From an uncultured Syntrophomonadaceae bacterium (GTDB taxonomy: Bacteria; Bacillota; Dethiobacteria; DTU022): a stretch of 64,000 nucleotides of DNA. The notes under the pieces are model-generated. The model was not told the origin of the DNA. It saw only the letters and a list, made by a program, of their open reading frames with translations, and searched no databases. Of this stretch, positions 11,340-20,777 are shown piece after piece (within the stretch, counting starts at the first letter, position 1; every line of letters starts with the position of its first letter). The stretch spans positions 17,619 to 81,618 of the forward strand of contig CAZPFS010000003.1 in NCBI GenBank assembly GCA_964585925.1, written 5' to 3'. The position numbers and the translations under genes were made by a program.

Positions 11340-11882
11340 TTAGGCCAGCGAAATTATTTTCCCGGTGACCAGCGAATTTTTCAAGGTTAGCAGACCGCAG
11401 GAAGGCTTTGAACCCCACCGGGGATCTACCGGTGATCCGGGGTTGAACATCAACACTCCCCCCTGATCCTGATTGCAGGGGCGATGGGTATGCCCAAATA
11501 TGATTACTCTGGGTTCGTATGCGGAAAAGGCGGCCCGGGCTTTCTGCATAATGGCCGCTCGGTTGCCGTCGCCATGGAGCAGGCCGATCAATATCCCGCC
11601 CGCCCGGATCAGCTTGCGGCGCCCCAATTTCCACAGGTGACCGTGATCCATGTTGCCGGCCACCGCTTCCACCGGGGCCAGGGAAGCCAGCTCCACCAGG
11701 ACGCTTTCTTCCACCAGATCCCCGGCATGTAAAATAAGATCCACCCCGTCAAAAATATTGTACAGCTCCGGGGGGAGAAAGCGCGCCCGTGAGGGGATAT
11801 GGGTATCGGAAACCACCCCGATCCGGAAAACCTGAGCGGCAGGTACAGTATCGATATTGATCAATGCCGGCTCCGTGTTCAT
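11340..11882 (-). CDS. YfcE-type metallophosphoesterase (calcineurin-like phosphodiesterase)
   Basis: 180 aa. GVVSDTHIP...LILHAGDL...GHTHRP is the MPP superfamily metal-ligand signature. Confidence 0.75.
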   Translation of the reverse strand: MNTEPALINIDTVPAAQVFRIGVVSDTHIPSRARFLPPELYNIFDGVDLILHAGDLVEESVLVELASLAPVEAVAGNMDHGHLWKLGRRKLIRAGGILIGLLHGDGNRAAIMQKARAAFSAYEPRVIIFGHTHRPCNQDQGGVLMFNPGSPVDPRWGSKPSCGLLTLKNSLVTGKIISLA

Positions 11883-12063
11883 GATTGCCCGGTCTCCCTT
11901 CGGCCGTTTCGCACAATGTGTCCCTCAAAGATCCTCCCTAACCCGGCGCCTGCATCCTGCAGGGGCGCCCGTATCAGAAGGTCGGCATATAAAACCTCCC
12001 CAAATCGGCTCAATTGTACTATACTATAAACAATATCAAAACTACAAAAAAAGAAGGCATGAC

Positions 12064-12675
12064 TTGAAAAAGAATTGCGTAACCCCTGTTGAAAACGGAT
12101 CTGCCAACAACACAGGCAGATCACTGTCAAAAATTCTGTTTATTTTTCTAAAGATCGGCTTTTTTACTTTTGGGGGAGGTTACGCCATTTTACCCATGAT
12201 CCAGCTGGAAATAGTCGACCGCCAGGGGTGGGTAGATTCGGAAACTTTCCTGGACATTCTGGTAATAAGCCAAAGCTTGCCTGGTCCCCTGGCCTTGAGC
12301 AGTTCCTTCCTGGTTGGCCGGCGGCTGCGAGGAACGGCGGGAGGTTTGATCTCTGCCTTGGGCATTGTTCTGCCCTCTTTTGCAACCATTCTTCTTCTGG
12401 CCGCTTTTTTACTGCCGGTGATCTGGGATAATGTGTTTGTGCGGGCGATCTTTTACGGCCTGCGACCGGCAGTGGTCGCTCTGGTTACCGCGGCAGCCTG
12501 GGAACTGGGGAAAAAATCCATCAAAGACCGCCCGAGTCTGCTTATATTTGCCCTGCTGCTGGCCATCTCCTTGATATTTCGACTGCACCCGGTACTGGTG
12601 CTGGCTCTTGGCGCCGCTTTGGGGCTGATTTGTTTCGGCAAACCAAAATTGCAGGCAAAGGAGCCAAAACCATGA
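12064..12675 (+). CDS. chrA: Short-chain chromate transporter family protein, first half (ChrA N-domain type). The probable start is TTG at 12064; the tracked ORF 11857.. carries a spurious N-extension.
   Basis: CHR signature LKIGFFTFGGGYAILPMIQ. RBS AGAAGG at 12048-12053. The stop overlaps the next gene's start by 4 nt. Confidence 0.7.
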   Translation: MKKNCVTPVENGSANNTGRSLSKILFIFLKIGFFTFGGGYAILPMIQLEIVDRQGWVDSETFLDILVISQSLPGPLALSSSFLVGRRLRGTAGGLISALGIVLPSFATILLLAAFLLPVIWDNVFVRAIFYGLRPAVVALVTAAAWELGKKSIKDRPSLLIFALLLAISLIFRLHPVLVLALGAALGLICFGKPKLQAKEPKP

Positions 12676-13211
12676 GTATGGCCTTACTGGCAAATCTGTT
12701 CTGGTCTTACTTCAAGATAGGTCTGTTCAGCTTTGGGGGGGGTTATGCCATGATCCCCCTGATGGAATCAGAGATCATAGCCCGTCACGGCTGGCTGACG
12801 GCATCGGAATTCATTGACATCATCGCCATTGCAGAAACCACCCCGGGTCCCATCGCCGTAAACTCGGCCACCTATGTGGGCTTTCGGCTGGCTGGAATTA
12901 CCGGTTCCGCCGTGGCCACCATCGGGGTTGTGTCCCCTTCACTGATCATTCTCCTGGCGCTGGGTTCCTTCCTGATGAATACCACAAGGCTGAAAACGCC
13001 CCCCGTGGACAGTGCTATGCGGGGGCTGCGCCCGGCGGTGATCGTTCTTATTTTGCTGGCGGTGATCTCCCTAGGCGAGGCCGGCCTGGTGGACCGGGCT
13101 ACCATTGCTATCGCCTCCGCCCTGTTCCTCAGCAGCATCATCTTCAAAATCAATCCATTCATTCTGATCGCGGCGGGAGCGGTGCTGGGACTTATTTTTT
13201 ATCCGTACTGA
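12672..13211 (+). CDS. chrA: Short-chain chromate transporter family protein, second half
   Basis: MSMALLANLFWSYFKIGLFSFGGGYAMIPL. RBS AAAGGAG 6 nt upstream of the ATG at 12672. The tracked ORF start at 12630 is probably too early. Confidence 0.7.
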   Translation: MSMALLANLFWSYFKIGLFSFGGGYAMIPLMESEIIARHGWLTASEFIDIIAIAETTPGPIAVNSATYVGFRLAGITGSAVATIGVVSPSLIILLALGSFLMNTTRLKTPPVDSAMRGLRPAVIVLILLAVISLGEAGLVDRATIAIASALFLSSIIFKINPFILIAAGAVLGLIFYPY

Positions 13212-13818
13212 GCTCCCCCTCGGGAGGAGAAAAACCGGAAGTTTCACGGATAATGGCTTTGATCAACCCTTCAATCATTTTCCACCAGGGCGGCGACAAC
13301 CACACCGGCAGCAGTGATCCGGGACCGGATGATTCATGATCCCGCCGGTAATAATCCAGGGCAATTCCGCCCAGCCTGATTTTTTTCCGGACCGTCGGAC
13401 AGGTATACAGGCAGGAAAGGGTGTGCTCCCCCACAAGTGAAATCAAACACCGTTTCGGGCAATCGGCGTCAGGGCAAACGGTTTTTACTGCCGGCACATT
13501 GATATAACCGTAACAACCGTCATTTTTCCCCACCGGCAGCCTAATTTTCAGCGAAACCAACACCAGGTTGGGGGAAAAAGGCAGGGGCACACCCTGGCGA
13601 CAGCCGAGGTAACGGCCGTAATTTTGGCGGATAGCCTGCAGATCGGCGCTGTACAGCCGGGCCAGGCGACGCAAATTCCATTTAACCGTCCGCCGGTCGG
13701 AAATAATCTCTCCGCCGGTAGTATAGATGAGCGTGCTGTTTCCTCCCTGGCGATCGTAACAGGGGATCAGCGCCGCCAACCGATCTTTGACTTTTTCCAT
13801 GGCCAACTCCTGTTTCAT
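13192..13818 (-). CDS. Cysteine-rich hypothetical protein (208 aa)
   Basis: No confident family match. Cys-rich segments include CPDADCPKRC and SCLYTCP. A weak ComK-like resemblance is unverifiable from sequence alone. Confidence 0.35.
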   Translation of the reverse strand: MKQELAMEKVKDRLAALIPCYDRQGGNSTLIYTTGGEIISDRRTVKWNLRRLARLYSADLQAIRQNYGRYLGCRQGVPLPFSPNLVLVSLKIRLPVGKNDGCYGYINVPAVKTVCPDADCPKRCLISLVGEHTLSCLYTCPTVRKKIRLGGIALDYYRRDHESSGPGSLLPVWLSPPWWKMIEGLIKAIIRETSGFSPPEGELSTDKK

Positions 13819-13954
13819 ATCCCGCGACGCAGGATTTGGATTAAGGTAAAAGAAAAGCAGCGAGCCTTTTCATCTGCTGATAAAAAAAGACGCTACCGAT
13901 GATCGCGCCCTATCAAGGTATTACAGTATATTATATTTATCGGCTGCTGTAAGG

Positions 13955-14905
13955 TTACTGCCCTTCCGCGTAAAGAGCGATCAAATCGCGGATCTGTTCC
14001 CCAATCCCTTCCTGCAAAGTAACCCGGGGGATGAAACCCAAATCTTCCCTGGCCCGGGAGGTGTCGGCATAGGTATGGGGCGGATCCCCGGCCTGCGTCG
14101 GGAGATGGTTCACTTTGATCGGCTTGCCGGCCAGCCGGCCTATTTCAGCTATAACCTCATTGACGGAAATTCTGGTGCCGCCTCCGATATTATAAACATT
14201 TCCCACCGCCCCCTCCTTGCAGGAGGCGGCCAGGTTGGCCTCCACTATATCGTCTACATAGGTGAAATCGCGGGTCTGCTCCCCGGTGCCGAATATCTGC
14301 AGCTCCTGCCGTCTGCAGGCGGCACGAATAAAGCGATGAAAAGCCATATCCGGCCTTTGTCCGGGACCATAAACCGTGAAATAGCGCAGGGAAACCGCGG
14401 GAACCCTGAAATTGCGGTAATAAAGAGTACACAGGTGTTCCGCCGCCAGTTTGGAAACCCCGTACGGGGAGACCGGTCGGGGCAGGCTTGTTTCTTTCAT
14501 GGGCAAGGAATCTGCTTCGCCGTACACCGAAGATGAAGAGGCAAATACAAACCGCTTCAGGTCGTGTTTCCGGGCCGCCTCCAGCAGACCCTGGGTAACC
14601 AGAATATTGTTGCGGGTATATATGGAAAATTCATGCCCCCAGCTGGCCCGAACTCCGGGTTGAGCAGCCTGGTGAAATACCAGATCAACATCCTCCAAAA
14701 GCCGATCGGGAGAATCCAGCAGATCCTGTTCCAACAGGGTAAAACCGGGATGTTCCCTCAGAGAACGAATATTTCTTTCTTTTATCCAGCGGGGATAATA
14801 GCCGGTAAAACAGTCCACCCCCCGCACCCGGTGCCCCTCCGCGAGCAGGCGACGGGCCAGGTGAGAGCCGATAAAACCGGCGGCCCCTGTAACCAGAGAT
14901 AACAA
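13955..14905 (-). CDS. NAD-dependent epimerase/dehydratase, GalE / UDP-glucuronate decarboxylase-like (extended SDR)
   Basis: N-terminal TGAAGFIGSHL Rossmann motif and a YxxxK active site (YGVSKLAAE). 316 aa. Confidence 0.8.
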   Translation of the reverse strand: MLSLVTGAAGFIGSHLARRLLAEGHRVRGVDCFTGYYPRWIKERNIRSLREHPGFTLLEQDLLDSPDRLLEDVDLVFHQAAQPGVRASWGHEFSIYTRNNILVTQGLLEAARKHDLKRFVFASSSSVYGEADSLPMKETSLPRPVSPYGVSKLAAEHLCTLYYRNFRVPAVSLRYFTVYGPGQRPDMAFHRFIRAACRRQELQIFGTGEQTRDFTYVDDIVEANLAASCKEGAVGNVYNIGGGTRISVNEVIAEIGRLAGKPIKVNHLPTQAGDPPHTYADTSRAREDLGFIPRVTLQEGIGEQIRDLIALYAEGQ

Positions 14906-14945
14906 ATTGCACCACCCTTTCTGCAGGCCGGTCTGGCCCGGCAGT

Positions 14946-15638
14946 TCATTGGCCTTCCATTTCCCCTATTATGTCTTGTACTGCAGCCTTGGGATCCTGC
15001 GCCCTGATTATGGGCTGGCCGATAACCAGATAATCTGCCCCTCCCTGCAGCGCCTCTCTGGGGGTGGAGGCCCGTTTATGCCCGCCGATCTGCCATCCCG
15101 CAGGGCGTATTCCGGGGGTTACCACCAGCAATTGATCCCCAAATCTGTTTTTTAACCCTTGAGCCTCCAGGGGAGAGGCAATGACCCCCCCGCAACCCAG
15201 CCGCTGGGCCTGGCAGGCTCGGTAAATAACCAGCTCGTCCAGAGGACATGGATAACCCATCTCCTGAATGTCCTCCTGATCGAGGCTGGTCAACACGGTT
15301 ACCGCCAGTATTTTCAGCCCCGAGCCCCGCGCCGCCTCCGAGGCCTGTTTCAAAATTTCCCTGTTCCCATGCACGGTCAAAAAAGAGACCCCCATCAGGG
15401 CCACCTGCCGGGTTGCCTGAAAAACGGTGTTCGGCACATCATAAAACTTCAAATCCAGGAATACCCGGTTCCCCCGGGCGAGTATCCATTTGACCATTCT
15501 TTTTCCACCGGTCAGGTAGAGGAGCATCCCCACCTTGAAAAATTTTACCAAGCCATCTAATTTTTTTACCATTTGGCATGCTTCCGCGGGATCATCCAGA
15601 TCAAGGGCGCAGATTATTCTCTCTCTCAGTTCTTTCAC
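14946..15638 (-). CDS. pyrF: Orotidine 5'-phosphate decarboxylase
   Basis: 230 aa. ICALDLDD...FFKVG...LDLKFYDVPNTV are conserved OMPdecase motifs. Confidence 0.85.
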   Translation of the reverse strand: MKELRERIICALDLDDPAEACQMVKKLDGLVKFFKVGMLLYLTGGKRMVKWILARGNRVFLDLKFYDVPNTVFQATRQVALMGVSFLTVHGNREILKQASEAARGSGLKILAVTVLTSLDQEDIQEMGYPCPLDELVIYRACQAQRLGCGGVIASPLEAQGLKNRFGDQLLVVTPGIRPAGWQIGGHKRASTPREALQGGADYLVIGQPIIRAQDPKAAVQDIIGEMEGQ

Positions 15639-15751
15639 TTCTTCCTGAAATATTTTGATGGCCAGACTCTGAATACCAGCCCGGTATAGAATAATATACG
15701 GTTCATTCCAGATACTATTACCGGACCCAAATTTGTCAAGGAGGTTTTACC

Positions 15752-16174
15752 ATGTCATTGATTCCCCATGAGCCATTTAGGTACCTGGAGAGTTTCCGGC
15801 GGGATATAGATCGCTTCATCGGTGATTTCCCCCGGCTATTTCCCGATTTAAGAATTGATGTTTACGAAACAGACAAAGAAATCATCGCCTCCTGTGAAAT
15901 TCCGGGGCTAAAAAGCAAAGACAATATTGATATCGAAATACAGGACCATACCCTAAATTTAAAAGGCAACCTGGATCACCGCCAGGAATTTAGGGAGGAG
16001 CAGATTTATCGGCGGGAACGGTATACCGGAAATTTTCAGCGCACCATTACCCTGCCCGCGGAGGTGGTGGCCGAAGAATCCAAGGCAGTCTACAGAAACG
16101 GCGTGCTTGAAATATCCATGCCTAAAGCCGGTTCCCAGGTCCAGCGTCAGAAAATCGATATAGATTTCCATTAA
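15752..16174 (+). CDS. Small heat-shock protein, Hsp20 / alpha-crystallin family
   Basis: 140 aa with an alpha-crystallin domain (..YRRERYTGNFQRTITLP..GVLEISMPK). Confidence 0.8.
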   Translation: MSLIPHEPFRYLESFRRDIDRFIGDFPRLFPDLRIDVYETDKEIIASCEIPGLKSKDNIDIEIQDHTLNLKGNLDHRQEFREEQIYRRERYTGNFQRTITLPAEVVAEESKAVYRNGVLEISMPKAGSQVQRQKIDIDFH

Positions 16175-17343
16175 TATGTTCGGGGCCGAACCGGGTCCTG
16201 CTCTGAAGGCAGATCCCGGGGGGGAGAAGAACGCCCGGGCTCAGTATCATTTTCCATGTTCTCAGAAGGATAGGCGGGCGCGGAAGGGGTAGTTTTTCCG
16301 GGCAATATTGTCCGGGGGCTTTCGCCAACCTGTACCCCGAACACCAGCTTGATAATCTCTACCCGGACTTTTTCATTAATTACCAGATAGAACAGATCCT
16401 GCCCGTCCCGGGTAATGTACTGGGGATTTCCGGGAAATGTCAGGCTCTGTATATCCCCCTCGCCTATCTCCCGTCCAAACAGAGCCAGTGCCGCCATCTG
16501 GGTACGGGTAAGATTGGTTTCCACCTGTTCAGTCAACGATCTCACAATAGCCGGCAGATCGGCCAATTTACCGGCTTGCTTGAGCTGGTTGAAAGCCGAA
16601 ATTAATATATTCTGCTGCCTTTCAATTCTTCCCAGGTCTCCATCCACTCCCCGGAAGCGAATATAATCCATAAATTGGCTGCCGTTTAAATGCTGCCCGC
16701 CTTTATCCAGCAAAAGCTGCCCGCTGCCGGGTTCCCGGATCTGCACGCCCACCTCGTAATCAATCCCCCCCAGCCGATCAATAATTGCAGCCAGGGAATC
16801 CATGTCCACCTTGAAAAAATAGTGTACCGGCACTCCGCCCAGAAAATCCTGAACCGTACCCAGCACCGTGTTTAATCCGCTCTGATGACGGTTTCCCTCT
16901 GATCCCAGATATTCATACCCGTACATATAGGCACTGTTAATTTTGTCATATTCATCCATCCCGGTTATCCGGACATAGCTGTCCCGGGGAATACTCAACA
17001 TGGTTGTTTTTTTGGTTTTAAAATTCAGGGAGGCGATCATAATCGTGTCCGGACGATAGAGGCGATACCGCTTGTCCCGGGAGGCTGTCCGGTCAAAACC
17101 CAACAAAAGTATGTTGATGATATCCCGGTCAAAATTGCGGGCCACCTCATGCCCCCAGTCTATCCCTTCCAGAGTGTTATCCGGTTTCAACACCCGCAGG
17201 GGATGATTTATATGATGATACAGGGTGAATCCAGCCGCAACCAGCCCAATCAAGCATATGCCCAAAATAACAAATCTGGTGGCTTTTTTATTTAACGGGC
17301 GACAAATATCAGCCATTAGGGTTGACCACTCCTTTTCCCCCAA
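16171..17343 (-). CDS. LytR-CpsA-Psr (LCP) family cell-envelope phosphotransferase
   Basis: An N-terminal TM helix, then the LCP core (INILLLGFD.R......R.DTIMIASLN....T.MLSIPRDSYV). 390 aa. Confidence 0.8.
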   Translation of the reverse strand: MGEKEWSTLMADICRPLNKKATRFVILGICLIGLVAAGFTLYHHINHPLRVLKPDNTLEGIDWGHEVARNFDRDIINILLLGFDRTASRDKRYRLYRPDTIMIASLNFKTKKTTMLSIPRDSYVRITGMDEYDKINSAYMYGYEYLGSEGNRHQSGLNTVLGTVQDFLGGVPVHYFFKVDMDSLAAIIDRLGGIDYEVGVQIREPGSGQLLLDKGGQHLNGSQFMDYIRFRGVDGDLGRIERQQNILISAFNQLKQAGKLADLPAIVRSLTEQVETNLTRTQMAALALFGREIGEGDIQSLTFPGNPQYITRDGQDLFYLVINEKVRVEIIKLVFGVQVGESPRTILPGKTTPSAPAYPSENMENDTEPGRSSPPRDLPSEQDPVRPRTY

Positions 17344-18706
17344 GTCGTTTGTAAAGATTCCCCGCCAGCTGGTTTATATCACCGGCGCCCATAACCAGAA
17401 TATTGTCGCCGGGACGTGCCAGTCGCACCGCCAGTTCCTCCAGTTCATCAAAATTGTCACGGGCATACACCGGGCTTGTCCGGGACCGGCTGAGCAGCCG
17501 GGCCAGCTTTTCTGAACTGACCCCCGCGATCGGTTTTTCTCCGGCCGCATAAATCCGGTGAAGCAATACCAGATCCGCCTCCTGGAAAGCACGGGCGAAC
17601 TCCTCCATAAAGTAAGCGGTACGGGTATAGCGATGGGGCTGGAATATGCAAAAAACCCGTTCCGCGTTGGTCCGGGCAGCCTGAATAGTGGCCCGGACCT
17701 CTGTGGGATGGTGGGCATAATCGCTGATAATCGTAATTCCGTTCACCTGGCCCACTATTTCAAACCGGCGGCCGGCGCCGCTGAATTGAACCAACGAGCG
17801 GGCACAGCCGTTTAAATCCAATCCCAAACAGTCGGCTACTGCAAACGCTCCCAGGGCATTGCTGATATTGTGCCGACCGGGAATGTTCATTTTTACGACT
17901 GCCACCGGCTTTTGTTTTTTGTATAAAGTAAAACAGGAACCGCGGCCGCCTGGGGAAATTTCCCCGGCATACAGATCGGCCTCCCGGTTGTCAAGGGCAA
18001 AGGTAACGGGTTCGGGTTTGATCCCCCCGGCAATCAATTTACGCAGTCTGGGATCATCTGCGCACAGCACCGCCCATCTTTCGGCATTGTTGATAAAAGT
18101 CCGGTATGCCTCCAGAAGGCGGTTGAAATCACCGCCGTAATTTTCAAGATGATCGGGTTCAATGCTCGTGACCAGTGAAATTTGGGGGCGGTATAGCAAA
18201 AAAGAGTGATCGCTTTCACAGGCTTCCGCCACCAGGTAAGGTCCCTTGCCCAAGCGGGCATTTCCCTGGAAGGTGGAGATGATACCGCCCACAATGGCCG
18301 TCGGATCAAGTCCGGCCTTTTCCAGCATCAAAGACAGCAGAGCGGCGGTAGTTGTTTTGCCGTGGGTTCCGGCTACGGCAATACTTGAGCGATCCTCCAT
18401 CAGCGCTGCCAGCAGACGCGATCGGTGCCAGAGGGGGATTCCCCGCTGGCGGGCTTCCAACATTTCCGGGTTATCTTCCGGGATGGCCGTGGAATATACC
18501 ACCAACTGGCAGTTGTCAATATTCCCGGGGTGGTGGCCGTAACAAATTTCAATCCCCTGGCGGGAAAGATGCCTGGTGATCTCGGATTCTTTTAGATCGG
18601 CACCGGAAACCTGCAGGCCCATATTCCGTAAAACCTGGGCCAGGGCGCTCATGCCATAACCGCCGATACCGATAAAATACACATGCCCTATCGATCGCGG
18701 TAACAT
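17309..18706 (-). CDS. murC: UDP-N-acetylmuramate--L-alanine ligase
   Basis: 465 aa. VYFIGIGGYGMSALAQVL...VAGTHGKTTT is the Mur ligase signature. Confidence 0.9.
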   Translation of the reverse strand: MLPRSIGHVYFIGIGGYGMSALAQVLRNMGLQVSGADLKESEITRHLSRQGIEICYGHHPGNIDNCQLVVYSTAIPEDNPEMLEARQRGIPLWHRSRLLAALMEDRSSIAVAGTHGKTTTAALLSLMLEKAGLDPTAIVGGIISTFQGNARLGKGPYLVAEACESDHSFLLYRPQISLVTSIEPDHLENYGGDFNRLLEAYRTFINNAERWAVLCADDPRLRKLIAGGIKPEPVTFALDNREADLYAGEISPGGRGSCFTLYKKQKPVAVVKMNIPGRHNISNALGAFAVADCLGLDLNGCARSLVQFSGAGRRFEIVGQVNGITIISDYAHHPTEVRATIQAARTNAERVFCIFQPHRYTRTAYFMEEFARAFQEADLVLLHRIYAAGEKPIAGVSSEKLARLLSRSRTSPVYARDNFDELEELAVRLARPGDNILVMGAGDINQLAGNLYKRLGGKGVVNPNG

Positions 18707-18908
18707 TCAAACCTCCCGGAGGATAAAACCAGCATACCCTATTTTATGCTTTCATCTTACAGCCTGCTGCCAATTAATTATAACAGAAGGCGCCCGGTTG
18801 CTCAATTGGGCCGCTTTGGCAAAAATATTTTTATGTCTACTGTTATCCGGTTATAAAGCAGCGGGTACAGGCATATATTGGTTAGATGATCTAAATTCCG
18901 GTAAAAGT

Positions 18909-18987
18909 AATCCACATTATCCACAGAGTTATCCCCATTAAAACCATTATGCGATCGTTCTGTACCAGCTTCCTCACAATATCCACA
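18909..18987 (-). promoter_or_regulatory. Cluster of four same-orientation DnaA-box-like 9-mers upstream of murC: taatccaca, ttatccaca (perfect), ttatcccca, atatccaca
   Basis: On the murC-sense strand these read TGTGGATTA, TGTGGATAA, TGGGGATAA, TGTGGATAT. Three of them fall within 31 bp (18909-18938) and the fourth is at 18979-18987. Confidence 0.45.
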
Positions 18988-19017
18988 TCAGGTTGACATA
19001 AGTTTGTGAAATTTTAT

Positions 19018-20250
19018 CTACAGCTCCAGGAAAGGAACCGCATTGAGGGTAAGGGGCGCAAATTTTTGAACCAGGAATTCAGGATAAGCCGCCGAGGCCA
19101 CCATGGCCGCATTATCGGTACACAGCTCGGGGGGGGGACAATGGAGGGCAATCCCGTCTAATTCCATCTCCAATCGCCTCCGCAACTCCCGGCGAAGACA
19201 GGAATTTGCCGCCACCCCGCCTCCCAGCAGCACCGTAACCGCCCCTTTTTCCCGGGCCGCCAGAACTGTTTTTTCAACCAGAACCTCTACCACCGCCGCC
19301 TGAAAAGATGCCGCCAGATCCGGCTTGTTTACCGGTTCCTGCCTTTGCTTCTGATGGTGAATATAATTTATTACCGCCGATTTGAGACCGCTGAAACTGA
19401 AATCAAACCGTCTTTCCTCCCCCAGATAGGCCCGGGGAAACCCGACGGCGTTAGGATTTCCCTTGACAGCCAGGGCATCGATCGCCGGCCCTCCCGGATA
19501 GCCCAGCCCCAACACCCGGGCCACCTTATCAAAGGCCTCTCCGGCCGCATCGTCCTTGGTCTGCCCGAGCAGGGCAATATTTCCCGCCTGCGGGATCGAT
19601 ACCAAAGAGGTATGTCCTCCCGATACCAGCAACCCCACCGCGGGTAATTCAATATCGGCTCCGGTGAGCATATTGGAGTACAGATGGGCTTCGAGATGAT
19701 TAATGGCAATAAGCGGCCGCCGCAACATATAAGACAAAGCCTTGGCCGTGGATACGCCTACCAGCAGCGCTCCCACGAGCCCGGGTCCGTAAGAGACCGC
19801 AATGGCATCGAGTTGTGACCCGAAAATTCCCGCTTCCTGCAGGGATTGCTCGATCAGGGGATTGATCAGCTCCAAGTGACAGCGGGAGGCAATTTCCGGC
19901 ACGACCCCTCCAAACCTGGCATGGATTTCCACCTGGGAAGAAACCACATTGCTCAATATCCGGCGCCCGTTTTCCACCACGGCCACCGCCGTTTCATCGC
20001 AGGAGGTCTCCAGGCCCAAAATCAACACCCGTCTTCCCTCTTCATGGTCCCGCCGGGGGAGTATTTCATTTTCTTTTTCCAAATCCCGCCGGGATGTGGT
20101 TCCGGCCCCCCCGAAATTATCAAGTGGCGGAATACCGCCCTCGCCAAGGCCCGCACCCGCCCGCCGGCAGAAACCATATTCATCCTGACCCATGCCTGTT
20201 TTACCCTCCCCATCGGGCGCCCACAACCGTTGCCATAAGCAGTTCCACAA
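19018..20250 (-). CDS. tsaD: tRNA N6-adenosine threonylcarbamoyltransferase TsaD (Kae1/Gcp). The true start is probably GTG at 20028, giving ~337 aa; the tracked ORF has a 74-aa spurious N-extension.
   Basis: ..VLILGLETSCDETAVAVV.. and His-motif regions. RBS GAGGGAAG just upstream of the GTG. Confidence 0.85.
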   Translation of the reverse strand: MWNCLWQRLWAPDGEGKTGMGQDEYGFCRRAGAGLGEGGIPPLDNFGGAGTTSRRDLEKENEILPRRDHEEGRRVLILGLETSCDETAVAVVENGRRILSNVVSSQVEIHARFGGVVPEIASRCHLELINPLIEQSLQEAGIFGSQLDAIAVSYGPGLVGALLVGVSTAKALSYMLRRPLIAINHLEAHLYSNMLTGADIELPAVGLLVSGGHTSLVSIPQAGNIALLGQTKDDAAGEAFDKVARVLGLGYPGGPAIDALAVKGNPNAVGFPRAYLGEERRFDFSFSGLKSAVINYIHHQKQRQEPVNKPDLAASFQAAVVEVLVEKTVLAAREKGAVTVLLGGGVAANSCLRRELRRRLEMELDGIALHCPPPELCTDNAAMVASAAYPEFLVQKFAPLTLNAVPFLEL

Positions 20251-20255
20251 TCCTT

Positions 20256-20741
20256 CTACAGCTCATCTTTGGTCATAAGCAGCGCATCTTCGTCGAAATA
20301 ATATTTTTTACGCACCCCTTTTACCACAAAGCCATATTTCTCGTAGAGGTGGCGAGCCACCGAGTTGCTGGGACGCACCTCCAGGGTCATCCGACCGGCT
20401 CCCGCCCGGCGGGCTTTGTCCATGAGCTCCAACAGTAAAGCAGTGGCGATCCCCTGGCCGCGAAAGTTCCTGTCCACCGCCAGTGTGGTCAGATGTGACT
20501 CGTCCATAATTACCCATATACCGCCATATCCCACTACCTGTCCCTCCAGGCGGGCTACCCGGTACACTGCCAGGCGGTTTTTGTGGAGTTCGGATTCAAA
20601 CGACTGGCGCGACCAGGAATGGGTGAAAGAAAATTTTTCAATCAGCATTACCCGATCCAGATCCTGTTCTTCCATCGGGTCAATGGTTAATATATCACCG
20701 CGTTTAAGCTCCAAATTGATACCCCCTGAAAAAGTTCCCAC
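20256..20741 (-). CDS. rimI: Ribosomal-protein-alanine N-acetyltransferase (GNAT)
   Basis: GNAT acetyl-CoA motif (Q/RGQGIATALL). Its position between tsaB and tsaD is the classic operon placement. Confidence 0.75.
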   Translation of the reverse strand: MGTFSGGINLELKRGDILTIDPMEEQDLDRVMLIEKFSFTHSWSRQSFESELHKNRLAVYRVARLEGQVVGYGGIWVIMDESHLTTLAVDRNFRGQGIATALLLELMDKARRAGAGRMTLEVRPSNSVARHLYEKYGFVVKGVRKKYYFDEDALLMTKDEL

Positions 20742-20777
20742 TGCATCATTTTCGACCCTTGCTGCACAATTACCGGA

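Noticed and set aside
13819-13954. A terminator hairpin after the epimerase gene (agcag-N12-ctgct followed by a T-run on the minus strand)
   Set aside because: The stem is only 5 bp with a large loop, which is too weak to call a terminator.
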